Assembly: GCA_963921345.3 (NCBI GenBank)
Contig: OZ001228.1
Location: forward strand, 670,536-702,535
Source: Rhizobiaceae bacterium
GTDB taxonomy: Bacteria; Pseudomonadota; Alphaproteobacteria; Rhizobiales; Rhizobiaceae
Direction of reading: 5' to 3'
DNA length: 32,000 nt
The notes below the pieces were generated by a model. That model saw nothing but the letters and a program-made list of their open reading frames with translations, was not told the DNA's origin and searched no databases. Of the stretch, positions 1 through 7,859 are shown one piece after another (position 1 is the stretch's first letter; every line of letters starts with the position of its first letter). The translations under genes were made by a program, and so were the position numbers.

Positions 1-534
1 GCAGAGCCGCCCGTAACTGACAATTTCACCGCGCCGCAGCGCACCGGGACGCGGGTTCCCGATCTCGCCGAGATCCGGCAACCGGAAGATATCCTGCGTC
101 TCGCACCGGTTCTGGGCCACGTTGTGGGCAAACCCGATCAGGTCGCGATCGACACGCTGCTGTGGGTCTACCGCCAGGTCATGACGGCGGATGTGACCCA
201 CACGGATCTTGCTGCCTTCTGCGGCGTGCCCGAGACCGTCATCGAGCGGTTCGCCGAAGGCGGCTATGCGCGCATATCGGAAGTCCCCCAGGGTTTGGTG
301 ACGGGATTGGGTCAGGTGCTCCATGACGTGATCCTTCGGGTCTGTCATTACGGGCAGCACCATCGCGTGTCTCTGGGTCAGTGCCTGCGGATATGGAGCG
401 ACTTCCTGAACGAGGCCGAGCCTCTTCTGATGTACGATTATCCGGGCACCGTCTCCGCGAAAATCCGCGAACGCTGCACGCCTGCACAGGAGGCGATGCG
501 GCCGCAGGACACGGATGGGGAGCGCCACTCATGA
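1..534 (+). CDS. C-terminal end of putative MuA-like transposase (5'-partial at window edge)
   Basis: Frame 1 is open from nt 1 to TGA 532-534; the track starts at 124 only because no start codon lies upstream. The stop overlaps ATG 531 of the MuB-like gene. Product is assigned by synteny only; no catalytic motif is visible in this fragment. Confidence 0.4.
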   Translation, partial: AEPPVTDNFTAPQRTGTRVPDLAEIRQPEDILRLAPVLGHVVGKPDQVAIDTLLWVYRQVMTADVTHTDLAAFCGVPETVIERFAEGGYARISEVPQGLVTGLGQVLHDVILRVCHYGQHHRVSLGQCLRIWSDFLNEAEPLLMYDYPGTVSAKIRERCTPAQEAMRPQDTDGERHS

Positions 535-1508
535 GCGAAGCCGTCACACGCCTGCACCCGGACAGCGACAGCACGCTGGTGCGTCAGGAGGACCTGACGT
601 GGATGGATCGTGTCCGCGCCGCCGTTTCGGCCGAGACGGCCGATCACGGGCTCAGCCAGAAAGATGCGGCCGCCGGGATCGGCGTCAGCGACACGACGCT
701 CTACCGCTGGCTGCGTGGCGACTACCGGGGCGACAACCCGGCCGTCACGGCCAAGGCCGAGACCTGGCTGCAGACCCGTGCGGAAGGTCGCGCCCTGACG
801 CTGTCGCCGGCGCGGCTAGACGTGCATGCGGACCTCGGCCTCACCGATAGCGTCATGGCGGCGCTTGCCCATGCCCACGCAACCGGTGAAGTGGTGCTCA
901 TCTGCGGCCGTTCGGGTTCGGGCAAGAGCCATGCCCTGGCGCGCTATGCCGCCACGAGGGCGGGTGTTCACCTGGTGACGGTGACCTCGGGCGTCAACTC
1001 GCTTTCCGGTCTCTATGGCCGGGTGTGCCGGGCGCTGGGCATTGCCGGGCGCTACGGATCGGCGCTTGCCGCCGAGGACGCCATTCTGGAGCGCCTGGAG
1101 GGCCGTCAGGCGCTGCTGGCGGTGGATGAGGCCCAGCGCCTTGGTGCGCGGCTCCTGGACGCTCTCAGGGACCTGCGCGACCTGTCGGGCTGCGGCCTGG
1201 CGCTGGTCGGTGACGACACGATCCGCATGACGCTGTCGCGCTGTCCGCAGGTGGACGGTCGCCTCGGCATGCGCGTGCGCCTCGGCCAGCCGAACCAGGA
1301 CGATGTGGCGCGGCTGCTTTCGACGGTTCTGGAGCGCACGCCTGCTTCGGCCGAGCGCAAGGCCGCCCGCACGGCGGTGTCGGCCCCCGGTGGCCTGCAC
1401 GCGCTGCGCCGGCTTCTGGCCAGCGCCTTCATGATCGCCCGCGCCGACGGCCGAGGCGCGATCGCCGCCACCGACATCACCGCCGCCGTCGCCGGCATGG
1501 AAACCTGA
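531..1508 (+). CDS. MuB-like AAA+ ATPase (transposition target-DNA activator)
   Basis: ATG 531 sits inside ORF 381..1508. N-terminal HTH-like GLSQKDAAAGIGVSDTTLYRWLRG, Walker A GRSGSGKS, Walker B LLAVDEAQ. Position directly after the transposase frame. Confidence 0.8.
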   Translation: MSEAVTRLHPDSDSTLVRQEDLTWMDRVRAAVSAETADHGLSQKDAAAGIGVSDTTLYRWLRGDYRGDNPAVTAKAETWLQTRAEGRALTLSPARLDVHADLGLTDSVMAALAHAHATGEVVLICGRSGSGKSHALARYAATRAGVHLVTVTSGVNSLSGLYGRVCRALGIAGRYGSALAAEDAILERLEGRQALLAVDEAQRLGARLLDALRDLRDLSGCGLALVGDDTIRMTLSRCPQVDGRLGMRVRLGQPNQDDVARLLSTVLERTPASAERKAARTAVSAPGGLHALRRLLASAFMIARADGRGAIAATDITAAVAGMET

Positions 1509-1519
1509 AGGAGGCACCA

Positions 1520-1867
1520 ATGCTGAGCCGTGACCTGAAACTGCTTCACGCCCTGTTCTCTCCACACCGCAGGAGCGGCATGCCCCTGGACTCCGAGGTG
1601 GTCGGTCGCGTCTGCGATGCGATCGAGGCGATGACCCGGCAGGCGATGGAACTGGAGGCTGCCTGCCTGTTGGCGGGTGTGAAGCCGCAGGGCGGTTTGC
1701 CGGACGGCGTCACGGTGATGTCGCTCGAAGCCTTGCGGAGGCAAGAGATCCCGCCAGTGGTTCGTCTCAACAAAGGCAAGCAGAGCGACGCCGTACCACA
1801 AAGGCGGCAAAGCCGCCGGACTTACGAAGACGGTGCCGGAGATCCCGATCCGGGAGATGCGGCGTGA
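1520..1867 (+). CDS. hypothetical phage early protein
   Basis: ATG 1520 preceded by GGAGG (1509-1513). Co-directional in the early operon. No recognisable domain. The 3' part contains hairpin-repeat copy 1. Confidence 0.45.
   Translation: MLSRDLKLLHALFSPHRRSGMPLDSEVVGRVCDAIEAMTRQAMELEAACLLAGVKPQGGLPDGVTVMSLEALRRQEIPPVVRLNKGKQSDAVPQRRQSRRTYEDGAGDPDPGDAA
1787..1817 (+). repeat. hairpin repeat copy 1 (GACGCCGTACCACAAAGGCGGCAAAGCCGCC)
   Basis: Stem GGCGGC/GCCGCC with an AAA loop. Shares its left arm with copies 2-4. Confidence 0.8.
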
Positions 1868-2100
1868 CAGGAAAGCCCGGGATGCTCTCGCTCACCGACA
1901 AGATCGCCCTGGCGACCCTGGCGAGCCTCGGTGTCCTGGCGGTTCTTTACGCCTGGGAGATCGAGCTTGCCCGGCAGGCGCTGGAAGGGGCGGTGTTATG
2001 CCAGGCAAGCACGGGCGGCTCTGCCGCCCTTGGCGGTACGGCGGCGCTGCGCTTGCCTCTAGCGCCGCCGTGCTCAGAAGGGCGGCAAAGCCGCCCGTGA
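1864..2100 (+). CDS. hypothetical small protein with one hydrophobic helix
   Basis: GTG 1864 overlaps the upstream stop (GTGA). Hydrophobic stretch LSLTDKIALATLASLGVLAVLYAW. Ends just after hairpin-repeat copy 2. Confidence 0.3.
   Translation: MTGKPGMLSLTDKIALATLASLGVLAVLYAWEIELARQALEGAVLCQASTGGSAALGGTAALRLPLAPPCSEGRQSRP
2062..2096 (+). repeat. hairpin repeat copy 2 (GCGCCGCCGTGCTCAGAAGGGCGGCAAAGCCGCCC)
   Basis: Stem GGGCGGC/GCCGCCC with an AAA loop. Confidence 0.8.
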
Positions 2101-2299
2101 AACATGAGACGCGGACTCCGGCGCATCTGGCGCACGCGACCGCCTTCACCCGCACCGGCAAGCGAGACATGAAAAACCGCAAGCCGTTCCGCAGCAAGCC
2201 CATGAAGGCGATGGCGAAGCGCATGGCGGCCAAGGACAAGGACGGCGCGTTCCGATCAACGGCGCCGGTGCGCTTTCACGACTGAACAGGAGACAAGCG

Positions 2300-2833
2300 A
2301 TGACTGAGAAGAAGGCCAAACGTCTGGCAACCAACTATCCGGTTCCGCAGAACCGGGATGACTGCGATGCGATGATCCGCCAACTCGGTGATCTGCGTCG
2401 TGAGATCGCCCGGATCGAAGCTGACATGAACGATCGTCTTGCCCGTATCAAGGAACGGTTCGAGGAGCGCGCCGAGCCTCTGCGCGACAAGGCGACCGAA
2501 CTGCTCTCCGGTATCGAACACTACTGTGCGGCCAACCGCGAGGAGTTGACCGGCGGCGGCAAGGTCAAGTTTCACCGTTTCAAGAATGGCGATGTCAACT
2601 GGCGCAAGCGTCCGTCGAAGGTGACGCTTCGCGGCACCGAGGCCGTGATCGAACGGCTCAAGGAACTCGGTCTCAAGCGGTTCATCCGCACCGCCGAACA
2701 GGTCAACAAGGAAGCCGTGCTCAGCGATCCGGAGGCCGTCAAATCCGTCAAGGGCCTTTCCATCGGCTCGGAAGGCGAAGACTTCGTGGTCGAGCCGTTC
2801 GAGGCCGAACTCAACGGGGCAAAGGCGGGCTGA
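2300..2833 (+). CDS. gam: Mu Gam-like host-nuclease inhibitor protein
   Basis: AGGAG-type RBS (acaggagacaagcgATG). 177 aa with the family's coiled-coil N-terminus (IRQLGDLRREIARIEADMNDRLARIKERFEE) and C-terminal KLKELGLKRFIRT-type segment. Position in the Mu-like early region. Confidence 0.85.
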   Translation: MTEKKAKRLATNYPVPQNRDDCDAMIRQLGDLRREIARIEADMNDRLARIKERFEERAEPLRDKATELLSGIEHYCAANREELTGGGKVKFHRFKNGDVNWRKRPSKVTLRGTEAVIERLKELGLKRFIRTAEQVNKEAVLSDPEAVKSVKGLSIGSEGEDFVVEPFEAELNGAKAG

Positions 2834-2836
2834 TAA

Positions 2837-3094
2837 ATGGACTGCCCGCACTGCAATCGTTTCTTCCGCTGTCCGGACTGCGAGCGCAACCAGGCCGAGG
2901 TCAGCCTCATCGCGCACGAACTCGGTTTCTGGAAGCGCCAGGCCATCTGGCACCGGGCGTGGATCCTCGCCGGCTTCAAGGAACCGGATGATGTCGATCT
3001 CAAACGGGCCGAGGCCGAACTCGAACGTGCCCGACAGGACGAGAACCGCGAGCAATACGCTCACGCCGAGCCATACAGGGAGGTCGGATCATGA
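2837..3094 (+). CDS. hypothetical phage protein, CxxC...CxxC zinc-ribbon-like N-terminus
   Basis: ATG 4 nt after the Gam stop. MDCPHCNRFFRCPDCERN. Stop overlaps the next start (ATGA 3091). Confidence 0.5.
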   Translation: MDCPHCNRFFRCPDCERNQAEVSLIAHELGFWKRQAIWHRAWILAGFKEPDDVDLKRAEAELERARQDENREQYAHAEPYREVGS

Positions 3095-3360
3095 GTGATC
3101 CAATTACCGCACAGGACCTGCGCGAATGCTCGGCAGACTTCGAAGCCCATCTGCGGCTCGCCGGCGGCGGCTACATGTTCATCAAGCGCTGCGTCGAACA
3201 TCCCTCGCTGACGGTCACGGAGGGCCGTGAGAACCGCAAGGCGAAGCCCTATCGGTCAATCATGGTGGGCGACGAAGAATGCGACACGCTGGAAGATGCC
3301 GCCCGGCTGCTGACGCAAGAGCGCGACGTCGAGGCTTCTCGGGAGGATATCGGATCATGA
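3091..3360 (+). CDS. hypothetical phage protein
   Basis: GGAGG upstream. ATGA overlaps at both ends (3091, 3357). No recognisable domain. Confidence 0.5.
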   Translation: MSDPITAQDLRECSADFEAHLRLAGGGYMFIKRCVEHPSLTVTEGRENRKAKPYRSIMVGDEECDTLEDAARLLTQERDVEASREDIGS

Positions 3361-4076
3361 GCACGAAAACACTTGGCAGTGCCCCGGACCCTGTCGTCGC
3401 CCGGCGGCGCCAACGCGTGCTGGCCCTGTTCGAGGCGGGCATGAGGCCGAAGCAGATACTCGAACCCGTGCGCGCCGAATTCGGCCGCAGTGTGACCATA
3501 GTCGCCATCGATAACGACATCAGATGGCTACGCCGTAACGGTGCGGTCATGCAGAAAGGCGCAACCTGGGCCGACGACATGGACAGGCGTTGCCTGGCGC
3601 TCAAGAAGGCGGGCCACAGCTACGGCGCGATTGCCGAGGAACTGGGTATCAGCCGCAGTGCCGTGGGCGGACGTCTCCACCGCATTGCCCAGCGCAAACA
3701 AAAGGCAGCCCAGGCAACCAAAGCGACGCCGTGCACAGAAGGGCGACAAAGTCGCCCCCAGTCGAGCCACCCGAAGTCGACTACCAAACCAAGCCCCCGG
3801 CGGCCTTCCCAGGCTGCAAAGCGCAGGCGACTGGATGACTGGCCGGACATGAGCGAGCAATCACCGGTACCAGCCATCGTGGCAAGCCAGGACACTGCCT
3901 ACCCGCCCGGCGCGCCGACGGCGGTGATGACGGCAAAGCCCGGCACATGCCGCTGGCCGATCGGCGAGCCTCGGGATAGTGATTTCCGTTTCTGCGGCGC
4001 GAAGGCCCTCGACGGCTCCTCCTGGTGCGCCGACTGCGCCGCCATCGCCTGGCCGACCGGCGGAGGTACATCATGA
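3357..4076 (+). CDS. GcrA-like cell-cycle-type transcriptional regulator with N-terminal extension
   Basis: ATG 3357 inside ORF 3279..4076. WADDMDRRCLALKKAGHSYGAIAEELGISRSAVGGRLHR matches the GcrA N-terminal DNA-binding region. CRWPIGEPRDSDFRFCGAKALDGSSWCADCAAIAW matches the GcrA C-terminal box. About 65 extra residues precede the GcrA region. The linker contains hairpin-repeat copy 3. Confidence 0.7.
   Translation: MSTKTLGSAPDPVVARRRQRVLALFEAGMRPKQILEPVRAEFGRSVTIVAIDNDIRWLRRNGAVMQKGATWADDMDRRCLALKKAGHSYGAIAEELGISRSAVGGRLHRIAQRKQKAAQATKATPCTEGRQSRPQSSHPKSTTKPSPRRPSQAAKRRRLDDWPDMSEQSPVPAIVASQDTAYPPGAPTAVMTAKPGTCRWPIGEPRDSDFRFCGAKALDGSSWCADCAAIAWPTGGGTS
3723..3757 (+). repeat. hairpin repeat copy 3 (GCGACGCCGTGCACAGAAGGGCGACAAAGTCGCCC)
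   Basis: Stem GGGCGAC/GTCGCCC. Two substitutions relative to copy 2 are complementary and keep the pairing. Confidence 0.8.
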
Positions 4077-4594
4077 GCAGAACGAAGCCACAGGCCTCAC
4101 GCGGCCCATTGATCCGCGCCTGCCATGCGGCGGTGCGCGCCGCCGGTTTCGATGAAGATGCGCGCCATGATTTCCAGATGCGCGTGACCGGCAAGGCGTC
4201 GATGCGCGACATGAGCGTCGCAGAGCTTCGGCACTTGCGCGACGAACTCAACCGCATCACCGGCTTCGGCCGGGGCGGTCGCGGCAAGGGCCGGCGCGGC
4301 GGGAAACCCGCCGTAGGCAAGGCGGCAGGCCGCCCCAGGGCCGACTATCATCCGCCGTCCGAGCGCGGCGACGTGCGGCTCATCCACGCGCTGTGGGGCG
4401 AGCTTGGCCGGAGCGGTGTCCTGAAGCGTCCGGACCGTGCCGGGCTCAACGCCTTCATCCGCTCGCGCTTCGAAGGCCACTGGTCGTTTGTGCCGGTCGA
4501 TGTCGACGTGCTCTCCGACACCGACAACATCACCGACGTCATCCAGGCACTGAGGGCCATGCTGGCGCGGGCAGAGAAAGGGCAGACGCCATGA
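4073..4594 (+). CDS. GemA / Mu gp16-like protein (DUF1018 type)
   Basis: ATG 4073 overlaps the upstream stop. N-terminal LIRACHAAVRAAGFDEDARHDFQMRVTGKASMRDMSVAELRHLRDELN resembles the gp16/GemA family. Early-region position. Confidence 0.65.
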   Translation: MSRTKPQASRGPLIRACHAAVRAAGFDEDARHDFQMRVTGKASMRDMSVAELRHLRDELNRITGFGRGGRGKGRRGGKPAVGKAAGRPRADYHPPSERGDVRLIHALWGELGRSGVLKRPDRAGLNAFIRSRFEGHWSFVPVDVDVLSDTDNITDVIQALRAMLARAEKGQTP

Positions 4595-5037
4595 GCGAGC
4601 TTCTGACCTACAGTTGCAGCTACACCTGCCCCTATGGAAACCGGTTCCCTACCGATGTTCGGGCTACGCCTGATACGATCGCCGAGGTTCTTGCCCAACG
4701 CAATATCGGCGAAACCCTGGGCGACTGCGTGCCGACCAAACGCCCGCCCTACAACAGGCCGCTTTACAAGCTGCTGGAGCGCGATGGCGTGACACCCAAG
4801 ACACTTCACCACGCCGTGTTCATCTGCTGGCAGGCAATCCGATCAGGCGCGGCAAGTGCCGATGACGCTTTGGGCGATTGCGGGCTTGTGCACGAGATGG
4901 TCCACGCCCTGCAATTTGGTGGGGAAAGGCCGTTCGTTGTCGGACGGCAGTTCAGCGACCTGGTCGAAATGGCCCGCCAGATCGAGGGGGCCATTCCGGG
5001 GTCCTTTGTCAGCAGCAAACCGGAGCGAGCGTCATGA
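4591..5037 (+). CDS. hypothetical phage protein
   Basis: ATGA overlaps at both ends. 148 aa, no recognisable domain. Confidence 0.5.
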   Translation: MSELLTYSCSYTCPYGNRFPTDVRATPDTIAEVLAQRNIGETLGDCVPTKRPPYNRPLYKLLERDGVTPKTLHHAVFICWQAIRSGAASADDALGDCGLVHEMVHALQFGGERPFVVGRQFSDLVEMARQIEGAIPGSFVSSKPERAS

Positions 5038-5324
5038 CGTATCCGCAGATCACCTATCATGCGGTGCTGCGCTACCTGGAGCGCGGTCTGGGCGTTGATA
5101 TCGACGGGCTGCGCTGCCGCATGGCCACGAGACTGCCCGAGGCGCAGTCGGTGGTGGAGCAGTTCGGCGAGGGCGCGATCATCAGGGACGGCCTGTGTTT
5201 TCATCTCAGACGCCGCGACGACGGGTCGGCCGTGCTGGTGTCGGTCACCAGCGCCCAGGCGTCTCAGTTGTCGAACCGGGCGCTGCGGCTCAGGCGAAGG
5301 AGGAAGCGGGCATGCCAGACGTGA
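5034..5324 (+). CDS. hypothetical phage protein
   Basis: ATG 5034 overlaps the upstream stop. 96 aa with a basic C-terminus. No recognisable domain. Confidence 0.45.
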   Translation: MTYPQITYHAVLRYLERGLGVDIDGLRCRMATRLPEAQSVVEQFGEGAIIRDGLCFHLRRRDDGSAVLVSVTSAQASQLSNRALRLRRRRKRACQT

Positions 5325-6206
5325 CGGCCCGTTTCGACAACGCCACGCTCCACCATGGCGACTGTCTCGACCTGCTACCGGCGATCTTGGTGCAAGACGG
5401 CCCGTTCGATCACGTGATCGCCGATCCGCCTTACGAGGACGCCCTGCATGAAGCGGCCGCCAAGGGTTCGATCGCCCGCACCGATGGCCGGCGCGAACCG
5501 CGCGGCCCACAATTCGCCGGCATATCGGAACTCTCGTTCGGTGCTGCGGTTTGCCTCCGGCTTCCTCCCCATCCGCGATGAGGCCGCTGCCGCCATGGTG
5601 GCGGCTTCGAACGGCTGGGTGCTGGCCTTTTGCCTGGCAGAGGGCGTCGGCGCCTGGGAGACAGCGTTGACGAACGCCGGCGCGAAGTGGGACACGACGC
5701 TTGCCTGGGTCAAGCCGGATGCCGCCCCGCGCTTCAACGGCCAGGGTGCTGCGCGCGGCTTCGAGTGCATCTGCACCGCCTGGGCCGGTACCGGCCACCG
5801 GCATTGGAACGGCGGCGGACGGCGCGGCGTGCTGGAGCATCTGACCGCCAAGGGCGGCCACGAGACGGCCAAGCCGGTCGATCTGATGATGGCGCTGATC
5901 GCACTCTATACGCGTCCTGGCGATCTCGTATGCGATCCGTTCATGGGGTCCGGCACCACCGGCGTCGCAGCACTTCGCCTCGGTCGGCGCTTTGTCGGCA
6001 TCGAGAAGGACGAGCGACATTTCGCCACCGCCCGCGCGCGGATCGCCGCGATCGACGTCGCGCCCATGCTGCCTTTCGAAGCAAGCCCGGCGGGTTCCCC
6101 GCCGTCTGCGACGCCGTGCCACAAAGGCGGCAAAGCCGCCTTCGAGGGATCGAAGGCCGTCCAGGCAAGCCTTGAACTGGACAGCTTTGGACTGGAGACG
6201 TCATGA
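5312..6206 (+). pseudogene. beta-class DNA methyltransferase (N6A/N4C type), split by a frameshift
   Basis: The N-part (frame 2, 5312..5581) carries DPPY (VIADPPYED). The C-part (frame 3, to 6206) carries HETAKPVDLM and the AdoMet motif DPFMGSGTTG followed by RRFVGIEKD. Motif order IV then I indicates beta class. The two halves need a 1-nt frame change somewhere in 5528-5568, where there is a CCCC run at 5565-5568. Confidence 0.7.
6108..6142 (+). repeat. hairpin repeat copy 4 (GCGACGCCGTGCCACAAAGGCGGCAAAGCCGCCTT)
   Basis: Stem AAGGCGGC/GCCGCCTT with an AAA loop. Lies in the C-terminal tail of the methyltransferase frame. Confidence 0.8.
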
Positions 6207-6541
6207 CTGCATCGGACGAACTGCCCGGTGTGCTTGCCGAGATCGCGGCCGTGGCGGGCCGTGACGCAGCGCTCATGATCGCCTGGAAGCATGGCGGCGA
6301 CGATGGCTGGGACGTTCCTCGCGGCGATACGACCGCAGCGGCTGAACTGGCGCGGCTGATCGGCAAGGGGCCGGCAGCAGGCATCATGCGCCGTTTCGGC
6401 GGCAACAGCGTCGCCGTTCCGCTGGCGCGCCGTCATCTGGCGCCGTGGCTTGCCGGTCGCGGCATGAACGCCACCGAGATCGCCACCGCCATGCGCATCA
6501 CCCGCAGGACAGCGCGGCGCTACATGAAGGCATCGTCTTGA
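6203..6541 (+). CDS. Mor-family transcriptional activator (Mu Mor/C-like)
   Basis: 112 aa. C-terminal HTH GMNATEIATAMRITRRTARRYMK. Lies between the early genes and the head module as in Mu-like phages. ATGA overlap at 6203. Confidence 0.65.
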   Translation: MTASDELPGVLAEIAAVAGRDAALMIAWKHGGDDGWDVPRGDTTAAAELARLIGKGPAAGIMRRFGGNSVAVPLARRHLAPWLAGRGMNATEIATAMRITRRTARRYMKASS

Positions 6542-6635
6542 GACATCATTGCAGCGGACCATGGTCCGCTGCCCGGCAGACGCGTGGACAGGTAATGTGA
6601 TCGGGAACCACCCAACCCGTCGCCGGAGCCCGCCC

Positions 6636-7007
6636 ATGCAAATCACCGCCGAACACTGGCAGACCTTTGCCGCCATGATTGCCATCCTGGGCATTCTGGC
6701 CGGAGCCCGGGTATCGCTGCGCAAGCTGGGCTTTCTGCGCCCACCCGAACCGCCGGCAGCACCTGCGGCCTCCACGGAGATCGCCGAGCGGCTCGAGCGT
6801 CACGCCGAGCGGTTGACCAAGCTGGAGGCGGCGGTGGTGGGGCTGGCGAGCCGCGACGACATTCACAAGCTGCAGATTGCGATCGAGCGCCAGGGCGGCG
6901 ACATGCGCAAGCTGCAGACGGCCATCGAACACGACGCCAAGGCGGTCGATCAGCTCTCGGCCGCGATCATCCGCATCGAGGACCACCTGCTTGGAGAAAA
7001 ACGCTGA
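6636..7007 (+). CDS. small membrane-anchored coiled-coil phage protein (Mu gp25-position, DUF2730-like)
   Basis: ATG 6636 inside ORF 6549..7007. TM helix WQTFAAMIAILGILAGARV, then a heptad-like region (LTKLEAAVVGLASRDDIHKLQIAIERQ...). The family name is from memory only. Confidence 0.5.
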   Translation: MQITAEHWQTFAAMIAILGILAGARVSLRKLGFLRPPEPPAAPAASTEIAERLERHAERLTKLEAAVVGLASRDDIHKLQIAIERQGGDMRKLQTAIEHDAKAVDQLSAAIIRIEDHLLGEKR

Positions 7008-7318
7008 TGAGCTATGCCGCCACGCTAGAGGAACACCGGCGCCTGGCCGTCCTGATCCATCTGTCGGCCTGTCTCGACTATGCCTCCAATTCGGAGATCC
7101 TGCTGGATGTGGTCAACGGCGTCGGCATCACCACCAGCCGCGATCAGCTGACCGAAACGCTCGCCTGGCTCGGCCAGCAGGAACTGGTCTCGATCGAGGA
7201 TCATGAAGGCTTCCTCATTGTCGAAGCGACGGCGCGTGGCGTCGACGTTGCGCAAGGCCGCGCGCTTGTACCAGGTGTCAGACGCCCCGCGCCAAAACGC
7301 GCGTCGAAGGGATGCTGA
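7007..7318 (+). CDS. hypothetical phage protein (Mu gp26-position)
   Basis: ATG 7007 shares a base with the upstream TGA. 103 aa. Conserved position just before the gp27-like gene. Confidence 0.5.
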   Translation: MSYAATLEEHRRLAVLIHLSACLDYASNSEILLDVVNGVGITTSRDQLTETLAWLGQQELVSIEDHEGFLIVEATARGVDVAQGRALVPGVRRPAPKRASKGC

Positions 7319-7319
7319 G

Positions 7320-7859
7320 ATGCCGCAGCGCCGCAAGATCGACCTGTTGCCGGTGGAACTGCGCGAGTGGCTCCAGGAAGAACTGAAGAAACGCGGCTTT
7401 CGCCACTACGAGGACCTGACCGAGGCGCTGAACGCCCGGCTCGAGGAGGAAGGGCTGGAACTGCGCGTCGGCCGCTCGGCCGTGCATGCCTATGGCCAGT
7501 CCTATCTCGAATATGCCACCATGCAGGAGCAGGCCCAGGACCAAATCCGCCTGTTCCTGGAAGAGGCCAGCCTGAAGGAGGAGGTCGATGTGACCTCCGC
7601 GCTGTTTCAGCAACTGACAACCCTGCAATGGCGGTTGCAGATGATGCTGGCCGATCCGGAAAAGTTGCCGGATCCGCGCGGCATGAAGGACCTGACCACG
7701 GCGCTCAACAACCTGATCCGCTCGACCAGCCTGCGCAACGGCATCCTGAAGGCCGAACAGGCCAGGCAGTCGGAGCGGCTGGAACAGGCCGTCGAGGCCG
7801 GCGAGATCGACCAGGTCGCCGCCCGCAAGGCGCGCGAGATCATGGGCTTCGGCGCATGA
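7320..7859 (+). CDS. Mu gp27-like terminase small subunit (DUF3486 type)
   Basis: ATG 7320 inside ORF 7203..7859. N-terminus PQRRKIDLLPVELREWLQEELKKRGFRHYEDLTEALN is typical of gp27-like proteins. Immediately precedes and overlaps the large terminase gene. Confidence 0.7.
   Translation: MPQRRKIDLLPVELREWLQEELKKRGFRHYEDLTEALNARLEEEGLELRVGRSAVHAYGQSYLEYATMQEQAQDQIRLFLEEASLKEEVDVTSALFQQLTTLQWRLQMMLADPEKLPDPRGMKDLTTALNNLIRSTSLRNGILKAEQARQSERLEQAVEAGEIDQVAARKAREIMGFGA

Noticed and set aside
2169-2285. 38-aa highly basic ORF (MKNRKPFRSKPMKAMAKRMAAKDKDG...) in the gap before gam
   Set aside because: It is short, has no convincing RBS and matches no family I recognise. It may be real, but the sequence alone cannot support it.
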